From a virus (taxonomy: Duplodnaviria; Heunggongvirae; Uroviricota; Caudoviricetes): DNA of 64,000 nucleotides. A model generated the notes under the pieces. That model did not search any database and was not told the DNA's origin. It saw only the letters and a program-made list of their open reading frames with translations. Below are positions 9,811 to 17,652 of the stretch, piece after piece (the stretch's first letter is position 1; the number at the start of each line of letters is the position of its first letter). A program made the translations under genes and the position numbers. The stretch spans positions 1 to 64,000 of IMG/VR virus record IMGVR_UViG_3300037258_000549; one strand, written 5' to 3'.

Positions 9811-11481
9811 ATGAACGATCCGCTGAAGCAGGTCATCACCCGGGTTACTCCTCAGAGTGAGCAGGCCGATTCGCGTCAGGTTCTCAACAATGCGGGCGGC
9901 TACGGGTTCCAGGTCACCGGTGACGCGCGACTCCACCGATTTCTGACACTAGGCACTTCATCAGGCACTTACTACGTGCGCGAGCAGGACCTTACCAAGC
10001 AGAACGCTGCGGTCGTACTCGACTGGGCGAAGAACCGGCCGGGTGAGCTAGTGGAGAAGCTTACTGAGGTTTCCGTGCAGGGCCGGGCCCCGCGGAACAA
10101 TGCTGCGCTGTTCGCGCTGGCCGCCGCGGCGGGGCTGGGCAGCGAAAACGGCCGCAAGCAGGCACTGGGCGCGCTGCCGCTGGTGGCCCGCACCGGCACC
10201 CACCTGTACACCTGGGCCGGGTACTGCCAGCAATTTCGTGGCTGGGGGCGCGGGATGCGCCGTGCGGTCAGCGACTGGTACCTGGCCAAGGACGCCGACC
10301 AGCTCGCTTACCAGATGGTTAAATATCGTGCGCGGGACGGTTGGAAGCACGCGGACCTGCTGCGGCTTGCCCACCCCGGGTACGAGAAGGGCGGGTACGC
10401 TAGCGATGCCTCGCCCGCGCACCGGGCGCTGTTCAACTTCGCCTGCGGGCGTCCGGCGGGAGATAACCTGCCGCCACTGGCCGCGGCCTACCTGGAAGCA
10501 CTTGGTATCGACCGCAGCACGGCCGGGGCTAAAGCGAAGGGCGCCGCGTACGTGCGGTTGATCGCGCAGAACCCGGGACTACCCTGGGAGGCGCTGCCGG
10601 ACGGTGCGCTGACCCAGCCGGACGTGTGGGCGGAGCTGATCCGGCACGGCCTGCCGCAGACGGCACTGCTGCGTCAGCTGCCCCGGCTGACCACCCTCGG
10701 CGTGCTGACCCAGCTGGGCGTGATCACTGACCTGGTAACCGCGCAGCTGGCTGACACCAATCGGCTGCGCAAGGCCCGGGTACACCCGATTGCCGTACTA
10801 CTTGCGGCGAAGACTTATGCGTCTGGTCACGCGGTGCGCGGTGACGGCCACTGGGCGCCGGTGCCGAAGGTAACCGATGCGCTCGATGCTGCGTTCTATG
10901 CTGCGTACGGTGCGATTGAGCCAGCGAACAAGCGGACAATGGTAGCGCTGGACGTGTCCGGGTCGATGGGTGCCGCGGTCGGCGGGCTGCCACTCACCTG
11001 CCGGGAAGCTTCGACGGCGCTGGCCCTGGTCACCGCTGCGACTGAATCGCAGGTGCTGATTACCGGGTTCACTGCGGGTAGCAGACCGTCCCGGTGGGGA
11101 GCTAGTTACGGTACGGCAATTAGTCTGCTGAACATCAGCCCGCGGCAGCGGCTCGACGACGCGGTCAGCGCGATCTCCGGCCTGCCGTTCGGCGGCACCG
11201 ACTGCTCACTGCCGATGCTGTGGGCGATGCAGAACAAGGTCGAAGTCGATACTTTCGAAATCATTACGGATAATGAGACGTGGGCGGGGGATATCCATCC
11301 GCATCAGGCGCTGGAGCAGTACCGGCAGCAGACTGGTATCCCGGCTCGGCTCGCTGTCGCGGCAATGACCAGCACGGACTTTACCATCGCCGATCCGGAC
11401 GACCCGGGCAGCCTAGATATTTCCGGACTCGATGCCGCGGTGCCGACGCTGCTAAGCGATTTTTCTCGGGGCAGTATCTGA
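9811..11481 (+). CDS. rsr: Ro60/Rsr-like ribonucleoprotein (TROVE-like N-terminal domain plus C-terminal vWA domain)
   Basis: RBS GAGGAGAGG then ATG. ~555 aa. C-terminal MIDAS motif DVSGSM and a downstream TDC/GGTD element. The size and TROVE+vWA architecture match bacterial Rsr. Adjacent to the Y-RNA-like array. Confidence 0.6.
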   Translation: MNDPLKQVITRVTPQSEQADSRQVLNNAGGYGFQVTGDARLHRFLTLGTSSGTYYVREQDLTKQNAAVVLDWAKNRPGELVEKLTEVSVQGRAPRNNAALFALAAAAGLGSENGRKQALGALPLVARTGTHLYTWAGYCQQFRGWGRGMRRAVSDWYLAKDADQLAYQMVKYRARDGWKHADLLRLAHPGYEKGGYASDASPAHRALFNFACGRPAGDNLPPLAAAYLEALGIDRSTAGAKAKGAAYVRLIAQNPGLPWEALPDGALTQPDVWAELIRHGLPQTALLRQLPRLTTLGVLTQLGVITDLVTAQLADTNRLRKARVHPIAVLLAAKTYASGHAVRGDGHWAPVPKVTDALDAAFYAAYGAIEPANKRTMVALDVSGSMGAAVGGLPLTCREASTALALVTAATESQVLITGFTAGSRPSRWGASYGTAISLLNISPRQRLDDAVSAISGLPFGGTDCSLPMLWAMQNKVEVDTFEIITDNETWAGDIHPHQALEQYRQQTGIPARLAVAAMTSTDFTIADPDDPGSLDISGLDAAVPTLLSDFSRGSI

Positions 11482-11590
11482 GGTGGAGAGATGTAGCAAC
11501 CTGGCCTGCCTGATCTGCTACCCGTTGCAGACGAAGACAGGCCAGGTGCTGACCGGAAGCCGAGCGCGGTTACGACGTCGGGGGTACCTG

Positions 11591-11947
11591 ATGGAAGTCT
11601 GGCTGGTCTGGCTGCGGGATGGTGAGTGGGGTGACACGAACCTGATGGACCCTGCTCACCGGACCCGGGAGAGCGCGATGGCCTGGTGCAACGAGAACCG
11701 GAAGCTGTCGGATGGCGACCCGGTTCGGTGGAACAGGTCAGGGGGCGCTGACCCGGCGGACTATGGCGAGTCAGGACACGTTGTGATCCTGCCTGCTTCC
11801 CGGAAGAGCAAGGAAATCAGGGAGACGCGCCACTATTCGCTTCAGGTCATGAAGGTGGCGGACTACGAGGAACTGTTGTGCGCGGACGCTGCAGCCGTTC
11901 TTGATGACGACCTTGGTGATCTTGACGACGAGGCATTCGATGGGTGA
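11591..11947 (+). CDS. Acidic hypothetical protein
   Basis: In-frame ATG inside the 11483 ORF. Acidic C-terminus. Confidence 0.4.
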   Translation: MEVWLVWLRDGEWGDTNLMDPAHRTRESAMAWCNENRKLSDGDPVRWNRSGGADPADYGESGHVVILPASRKSKEIRETRHYSLQVMKVADYEELLCADAAAVLDDDLGDLDDEAFDG

Positions 11948-12016
11948 GGATGAGCGCCTTTTCTTGCTAGGTGCCTTGTGCGGTGTACTGGAACGGCGTC
12001 TGAGCGGGGATTAGCG

Positions 12017-12241
12017 ATGGACGTGCGTGCAGCGCTGGCCCGTGATTACCACCGGGCGGCGGCCCGGCAGGTCGAACTGGCCCGCCGGGACCGTCGGCAG
12101 CGCGACCGGCTAGTCCGGGAGCTGCGTGAGGAGGACTCCGCTAGCTGGACCTACGAGGCGCTCGCGACGGCGGTGGGTTGCTCTCCCGAGTTGATCGCTT
12201 TTATTTGCAAGAACGAGTCGGCGCCAGAGAAAGGGAGCTGA
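12017..12241 (+). CDS. Small helix-turn-helix DNA-binding protein
   Basis: In-frame ATG with an RBS. C-terminal HTH-like WTYEALATAVGCSPELI. Confidence 0.45.
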   Translation: MDVRAALARDYHRAAARQVELARRDRRQRDRLVRELREEDSASWTYEALATAVGCSPELIAFICKNESAPEKGS

Positions 12242-12243
12242 CA

Positions 12244-12360
12244 ATGGCTGAGAAGGCGAACTGCCAGGCAAAATGCGATACGTGCGGAAGCCAGTGCACT
12301 CGCTCTGAGCATTTCTGGGGTGAGCACCGCTGCTCTAAGGGGCACACCTGGAATAGCTGA
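12244..12360 (+). CDS. Small Cys-rich protein (38 aa)
   Basis: RBS AAAGGGAG then ATG. CxxxCxxC...C pattern. Confidence 0.35.
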   Translation: MAEKANCQAKCDTCGSQCTRSEHFWGEHRCSKGHTWNS

Positions 12361-12409
12361 TAACGCAGGCGTGGTCAGTTCAGGTGTTAGTTAGCTAACA
12401 GTTCAGCTG

Positions 12410-12424
12410 TCTGTTATAGTATCG
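12410..12424 (+). promoter_or_regulatory. Promoter-like motif TCTGTTATAGTATCG (copy c, free-standing), preceded by the palindrome GTTAGCTAAC and AACAGTT
   Basis: 27 nt upstream of the 12451 ATG. Closest match to copy a, including the upstream AACAGTT. Confidence 0.45.
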
Positions 12425-12450
12425 AGGGTAGTCAACCAGGAGGAGAAATC

Positions 12451-13269
12451 ATGAAGATCATCCGGGAAGAAACCCCGACCGGCGGCCCCAACCGGACTCC
12501 GCGACAGGAAATCGTCGCACTGAACACCGGCATGCGGGAGGTCGAGCCGGAAGGGTACCTGGACTTCTCTGAGTCGGAGGGCTGGCCCTGGGACAGCGAT
12601 GGCACCAAGAACACCTGGGACATCCAGATCGAGGCCGTCCGCTACTTCATCGTCCCGTTCGAGGGCTTGGATAGCCAGGCGGCAGCCGAGCAGGCAGGCG
12701 GGGACGATGACCACGGCGGGGTTTACTTCTACCCGTTCTCTAACATGTTCCTGCCTATCGGCGAGGGCGACGACGACGGTGACCTGAACACGGCCAATTT
12801 CGATGAGAAGCTGGCCGGGTTCCTGCACAAGTACGGCAAGAACGGCAAGCCGCAAGGCGGCACTGAGATCATGGCGGCGATCCGGGCCGGCGACCAGCAC
12901 TTCCTGGGCGAATTCGGTCCGGGCGGGGAAAACGAGAAGCCGCGTGACCAGCGGCCAGTTCGCGCCCGTGTTGTGTTCACCGACGGCATTCTCAACGACG
13001 CCGCCCGGTTCCGCAGCTACCTGGAGCAGGGCACCCGCAGCAAGGACGGCTACGGCAGTCACGGTGAGTGGGATGAAGTCTGGGCTGTCTGTATTTTGGG
13101 CGAAGGCCGCAAGTCAGACGGCAGCAACCCGGCGAAAGACGCGTATGACCAGTACGTGACCCTGGCCAAGGACCACCCGTGGATCCACACCTATTTGTTC
13201 GAAACGGTGACGAACCCAGCTGAGGTAGCTGAGGATATGGCCCTCGCGGTGGCGCCCACCCAGGGCTGA
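12451..13269 (+). CDS. Hypothetical acidic protein
   Basis: RBS AGGAGGAG then ATG. 272 aa. Confidence 0.6.
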   Translation: MKIIREETPTGGPNRTPRQEIVALNTGMREVEPEGYLDFSESEGWPWDSDGTKNTWDIQIEAVRYFIVPFEGLDSQAAAEQAGGDDDHGGVYFYPFSNMFLPIGEGDDDGDLNTANFDEKLAGFLHKYGKNGKPQGGTEIMAAIRAGDQHFLGEFGPGGENEKPRDQRPVRARVVFTDGILNDAARFRSYLEQGTRSKDGYGSHGEWDEVWAVCILGEGRKSDGSNPAKDAYDQYVTLAKDHPWIHTYLFETVTNPAEVAEDMALAVAPTQG

Positions 13270-13274
13270 CCTAT

Positions 13275-13805
13275 AAGCGGGAAGTCCGGTCGCATTAGGC
13301 GTGCGGCCGGGCTTTCGGCTTGTCTAGGCTTGGGATGTCGGCACGGGAAGGGAGGGGTAGAGGCGGGTGGGGATGGCCAGTCGGCGCGGGACGGAGGGGT
13401 GTGGGATGAGTCGGATCGTCGGTACGAGGCGGGCGGGCGTGGGCCGTGTCGTCGTCAGGGTGCGGGCAGGCTCGGGCGGGCCAGTCGGGGTGATTCGGGC
13501 CGGACTGGCGTGGCTTGTCGAAGTGGCTCGGCCTGGTGCGAGACGGGCCGGGTAGTCGGCGCGGGAGGTGACGGGAGGAGACGGGAGGGTGGGAGAAGTC
13601 GGTACGGGGTAGGGAAGGACTGAGCTGGGTCGGCGTGACCAGTCGGGGTGGAGAGGGATGGCCCGGTACGTGATGGACTGTCGGCTTGACTTGGTCAGGG
13701 TCGGCGTGGGGGGATTCGTCGGTACGGATCGGAGCAGGCCGGGGTGTAGGGGCAGACTGGTCAATGTGGAAAGGCTAGGTCCGGGTAGCCACCCTGGTGT
13801 GGCGT
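13275..13805. repeat. Block B3 of RGTCGGYRCGG repeats (G-rich on + strand), with the conserved boundary TAGCCACCCTGGTGTGGCGTG at its right end
   Basis: At least 13 GTCGG motifs. The right boundary is the reverse complement of the ACGCCACACGAGGGTGGCTA leader of the inverted blocks C1/C2. Confidence 0.8.
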
Positions 13806-13819
13806 GCTTAGAGTATAGC
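13805..13819 (+). promoter_or_regulatory. Motif TGCTTAGAGTATAGC (copy d) at the end of block B3
   Basis: Member of the 15-mer family. Immediately followed by a - strand gene. Confidence 0.35.
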
Positions 13820-13833
13820 GGAGCGCGAAGCTA

Positions 13834-14592
13834 TTACCGGATGCTCGACAGCTGTTTTCGCACTTGAAGTCCGAGAAATGAAGTCATGTACGGTGGCAGT
13901 GCTTCGGCGATATCTTCCCGGTTGCTCATCCAGGTAATATCCATCGCCTCGCGGACTGGTTCTTTTCGTTCGTGCCCGCCGACGCTGACGTACATGCCTG
14001 GCTGCCAGTGGCCTGCCCTTGCTGCAGCGACAGGGTGACTCCAGCCACATTCCCGGTTTCGCTTGACGGCCTCTAGTTGCACGGGCGCGGTGAGGGTGAG
14101 ACCGTTCCCGGGTTCGAACAGCCGGTGCCGGTAGACCGGCCGGTTAAACATTTGCCCGCACAAGGTAGTGGGATCGCGTAGCCAGGGTCGAGCACCGGAT
14201 ACGTTTTCGATGATGTACGGCACTCCGGCAGGTAGCAGCAGCTCGCGTACCGGGTCAATGAGCGCTGGATAGGAGTCAGCCAGCCCGGGACGGCACCGGC
14301 TAAGCTGAGAATATGCTTGACATGGCGGGCTAACGTGGACAAAGTCAAAGTGCCGTATGAACGACCGGTCGGCGAGCACGTCCAGGATGTCAGCGCAGAT
14401 GAACTGCTCGGCGCCGGAGGACAGGTAGTCGGTTTCTAGTCGTGCGTTATTGTCCACGCCCCAGACGGCGAACCCGGCGTCCCGGTACCCGCGGGCCGCG
14501 CCGCCCGCGCCTGAGCAACCGTCAAGTACGGTCGGCGGGGATGACGAGGGCGGCCGGGACCCACTCCATCTGCTCATGCAGGGTCTGCACAT
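13834..14592 (-). CDS. C5-cytosine DNA methyltransferase
   Basis: Motif I (LDGCSGAGG), motif IV (HVSPPCQ) and motif VI (ENV). The start may be the internal Met (MSRW). Confidence 0.7.
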   Translation of the reverse strand: MCRPCMSRWSGSRPPSSSPPTVLDGCSGAGGAARGYRDAGFAVWGVDNNARLETDYLSSGAEQFICADILDVLADRSFIRHFDFVHVSPPCQAYSQLSRCRPGLADSYPALIDPVRELLLPAGVPYIIENVSGARPWLRDPTTLCGQMFNRPVYRHRLFEPGNGLTLTAPVQLEAVKRNRECGWSHPVAAARAGHWQPGMYVSVGGHERKEPVREAMDITWMSNREDIAEALPPYMTSFLGLQVRKQLSSIR

Positions 14593-14858
14593 GAAGCTAG
14601 GCAGCAGGAGAACCGACCATGTACCGCATACCCGGCAGTAATGCTCGATGATCTCAGGGTAGCGCTAATAATCGGTCCTCCTCGCGGATGGTGGGAGTTG
14701 TATCGTAGCGTGCATGAGCTTGCTTGGCCCCTGGGTCGTTGCTGCTTACTATGGTGCGTGCGCGGACTGCAGTGTGGACATCGAACCGGGTGACCTGATC
14801 CGTGTTGGCGGCGAAGGCGACCGGTGCGAAGCATGTGGTCAGGATGAGGGAGATGGCG

Positions 14859-15491
14859 ATGACTGACCTGGGGTACCGGCATTACCTGCTGATCGTTGAC
14901 CGTTCCGGCACTATGTACGCGATCAGGGACGAAGCGCAGGATGGCATCCGGTTTTTTGTCCGGGAGCAGGCAGCCCTGCCCGGCCGGGCGACGCTGACGC
15001 TGTGCCAGTTCGATAACAAGTTCGAGGTGGTATATGATTTCGCCCCGCTGGCGGCTGCCGCTGACTACCAGCTGGTCCCGCGGAACATGACAGCATTGCT
15101 GGACGCTTGCGGCGCGTCGGTTACCAACGTTGGTGAGCGGCTGGCGGCACTGCCGGAACACGAGCGGCCGGGCAAGGTCATCGTATTGATCACCACGGAC
15201 GGGAAAGAGAACGTCTCCAGCAAGTACACGCTGGCGCAGGTCAAGGACCTCTTTACCCGTCAGCAACGGGACTACGGCTGGCAGTTCTCTTACGTGGGCG
15301 CCAACGTGGACGCATTCGCTGAAGCGGGCGGGATGGGCATGGTAAGCAGTGCAACGCTCGATTACGCGGCTACCCCAGCAGGTACGCGTAACGCGTACGC
15401 GGCGGCATCGGCGGCATCGGCTCGGTATGCACGCGGGCAGTCCACGGGCATCTCTTACACCGACGAGGAACGGGCGGCGGCCGGCCAGTGA
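14859..15491 (+). CDS. von Willebrand factor type A domain protein
   Basis: RBS GAGGGAG. MIDAS-like LLIVDRSGTM and ITDGKEN. Alternative starts at 14853 and 14844. Confidence 0.6.
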   Translation: MTDLGYRHYLLIVDRSGTMYAIRDEAQDGIRFFVREQAALPGRATLTLCQFDNKFEVVYDFAPLAAAADYQLVPRNMTALLDACGASVTNVGERLAALPEHERPGKVIVLITTDGKENVSSKYTLAQVKDLFTRQQRDYGWQFSYVGANVDAFAEAGGMGMVSSATLDYAATPAGTRNAYAAASAASARYARGQSTGISYTDEERAAAGQ

Positions 15492-15799
15492 AACTACGGG
15501 ACAAGTTTCTGGTAACCCGGCGAGATGGCACCGCACCGGACTGGCCGTATTTTGTCCTGGGTGCCCGGGACCCGGCGGTGCCTGCGGCGCTGCGTGCCTA
15601 CGCCGATGAAGCGGCTAGGCAGGGCACGGACCCGGCCTACGTCGCTGACGTGCGATGGCAGGCGGCCGACTTCGAGCGGTACCGGCGCGCGCACGGTGAC
15701 GGCGACCCGGACGCGCCGCCGCACCGGCTTGACGATCAGGAAACGGTCACTCGGATGAAAGCCGGATCGCGCCGCGTACCCGAGGCACCGGGTCAGTGA
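15488..15799 (+). CDS. Hypothetical protein
   Basis: GTGA overlap start. GC3-rich. Confidence 0.5.
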   Translation: MKLRDKFLVTRRDGTAPDWPYFVLGARDPAVPAALRAYADEAARQGTDPAYVADVRWQAADFERYRRAHGDGDPDAPPHRLDDQETVTRMKAGSRRVPEAPGQ

Positions 15800-15957
15800 G
15801 TGACAAGCAGCCGGACTGGCGGGTAGAGGTAAACCGGGTTCCCGGCGCCGGGTACGAAGCGTGCATCCGGTCGGCGACGGAACTGGTCATCATCCAGGGG
15901 CATACCCTGACGGAATTGATGGACTTGTCCGGTCAGTGGATGGCGGGCTACCGGTGA
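15796..15957 (+). CDS. Small hypothetical protein (53 aa)
   Basis: GTGA overlap start. Not in the ORF track (under 60 aa). Confidence 0.35.
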   Translation: MSDKQPDWRVEVNRVPGAGYEACIRSATELVIIQGHTLTELMDLSGQWMAGYR

Positions 15958-16187
15958 GCGCCGAGCGGATGCTGTATGGCACGATCAGGGAAATCGCTGA
16001 TCCGCTGATCGCTGCCGGGGAACCGCCGTCAGTGGTCCGTGATGCAGTGCTGTGGCAGCTGCGCGTCGGTATCGGCACTGGTGGCGGAGGACCGGATGAG
16101 AGCATTCCGCCCTGCAAGTACTGTGGTGCTTATGGTGGTGGCGGCCATGGCGGGTTCTGCCCGAACGGGGGCTACTGGAGTGAGTGA
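15954..16187 (+). CDS. Gly-rich small protein with a CKYC motif
   Basis: GTGA overlap start inside the 15861 ORF. Confidence 0.4.
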   Translation: MSAERMLYGTIREIADPLIAAGEPPSVVRDAVLWQLRVGIGTGGGGPDESIPPCKYCGAYGGGGHGGFCPNGGYWSE

Positions 16188-16368
16188 CGAGCCGACGGGT
16201 ACCTGCCAGTGCAAGCGGCAGCGGGAGATTTGCGAAAGCAGTATCACCCAGGAAGACCTGCTGTGCGATGCGTGCCGCAGCAGCTGTACCGCGGTGCGCG
16301 GGATTTTTGACGGGCCGACCAGGCACCTGCGACTGGACGCAACCGGTATCCGGGTGACTTTGAGGTGA
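16180..16368 (+). CDS. Cys-rich zinc-ribbon-like small protein
   Basis: GTGA overlap start. CQC...C...CDACRSSC. Confidence 0.4.
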   Translation: MSDEPTGTCQCKRQREICESSITQEDLLCDACRSSCTAVRGIFDGPTRHLRLDATGIRVTLR

Positions 16369-16378
16369 GTTGTTACGG

Positions 16379-16711
16379 GTGAATGACGAGTCAGGCGGAG
16401 ACCGGGTTCTCGAAGGACTGGTAGTAGATAACAGCGACGGTGATGACGAGGACCTGACGCTGGAAGAGTCGGTGCTAGTTGACCTGGCCGCGTTGCCGGT
16501 GAACATGCGCCGTGGCGGGGTGGCCGGGGTGGCGCTGATGTGCGCGAGGGCGTTGGATCAGGGGGGACTGCCCCCACGAGATGCCGCCGGGTTCGCCCGG
16601 GAGCTACGACTGTCGCTCGCTCAATTGCGGGAAATGGCGCCGGGCGAAGCTCGCGGGGACGTGACGGATGAAGTGAAGCAGCGGCGGGAAAAAAGATTGG
16701 CCGGTGAATGA
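16379..16711 (+). CDS. Acidic hypothetical protein
   Basis: GTG start (alternative TTG at 16370). Confidence 0.4.
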   Translation: MNDESGGDRVLEGLVVDNSDGDDEDLTLEESVLVDLAALPVNMRRGGVAGVALMCARALDQGGLPPRDAAGFARELRLSLAQLREMAPGEARGDVTDEVKQRREKRLAGE

Positions 16712-16741
16712 CGCGGCTGGTCAGCGGTACAGTCAAGTTTA

Positions 16742-16905
16742 ACGCCATATAAGGGTGGCTACGCAAGCCAGTCCTTCTCATGGTAACGGACCGTGCCAAT
16801 CCCAATCCGCCCCATCCGAGTTAGCCCAGCCCCTATCGCGCCGACCAGCCCTGCCTACACGCTCCCGCCCAACCCGGTCCGACGATCCCGTGCTATCCCA
16901 TCCGG
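16742..16905 (+). repeat. Block C1: inverted (C-rich, CCGAC) copy of the repeat element, with leader ACGCCATATAAGGGTGGCTACGCAAGCC
   Basis: TATAAG box then GGGTGGCTA then a CCGAC-rich tract. Same polarity as C2 and opposite to B1-B6. Confidence 0.6.
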
Positions 16906-16925
16906 AAAGTAATGGCAAAAGATCC

Positions 16926-17585
16926 GTGGAAATACGGCATTTCTATCACCTGTACCTCGACGGTGATGCGCCCTGGCGGGTGATCGCCGATGAGTACGCG
17001 GACGTCTTGCGGCTCGCGGGATTCCCGGTTGACCCGGTGGTGGGCCTGGTCGGTAAAGACCGCGGGGACGCGCGGTTGTGGGCAGCGGGCCGCCGGTGGG
17101 TAGTCGGTGCGGAAGCGGACACCGGGTTTGAGCAGGTAACCCTGGCCGTGCTGCAGGACCAGCTAGGGCAGCTGCCCGACGATACGGCGGTGCTGTACAC
17201 GCACAGTAAGGGGGCGATGCGGAACATGATCGCCGAGGACCAGTGGCGCCGGTCGATGCTCTGGCACCTGGTGTTCGGCTGGCAGCGGTGCGTGGAACTC
17301 CTGCAAGGGCACGATGTAGTGGGTTGTCACTGGCGGCATGGTAATCACTTCGCAGGGAACTTCTGGTGGGCGCGGGCGCGGTTCCTGCGAACCCTGCCGC
17401 TGGTGGATGCGGCGGAAGCTGACCGGTACTCCGCTGAGCTGTGGCTTGGCAGCGGGCGCCCGGGGCGGGTGGCCAACCTGGTGGAGGGCTTCCCTCCGGA
17501 CGGAACACGGGACGGGGCCATCTTGCTGTCAGAGCGGCTGCCGCGGAAATTTACCCGGCAGCGGCATATCTGGCCGCGCGGGTAA
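16926..17585 (+). CDS. Hypothetical protein, paralog of the 36768 gene
   Basis: GTG start. Shared motifs with the paralog: RH(F/Y)YH(L/I)Y-DG, Y(T/A)H(S/T)KGA, HD-VGCHW, AGNFWWA. The ORF track extends it upstream through the C-rich block (16755), which I consider unlikely. Confidence 0.5.
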   Translation: MEIRHFYHLYLDGDAPWRVIADEYADVLRLAGFPVDPVVGLVGKDRGDARLWAAGRRWVVGAEADTGFEQVTLAVLQDQLGQLPDDTAVLYTHSKGAMRNMIAEDQWRRSMLWHLVFGWQRCVELLQGHDVVGCHWRHGNHFAGNFWWARARFLRTLPLVDAAEADRYSAELWLGSGRPGRVANLVEGFPPDGTRDGAILLSERLPRKFTRQRHIWPRG

Positions 17586-17652
17586 TACTCTAGTAAGGAA
17601 AGCGCCCGGCCCCGCACGGGGAGCGGCTCAGCATCAAGTACATCGAGTTCTC

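Noticed and set aside
16755-16925. N-terminal proline-rich extension of the 16926 gene (track ORF starts at 16755)
   Set aside because: The extension coincides with the C-rich repeat element and has no similarity to the paralog's N-terminus, which starts at a GTG overlapping the epimerase stop. Treated as non-coding leader, but proteomics could overturn this.
17338-17652. First ~105 codons of the terminase track ORF
   Set aside because: It overlaps the end of the upstream paralog gene. The translation is Gly/Arg-rich junk. Terminase homology starts after the in-frame GTG at 17653.
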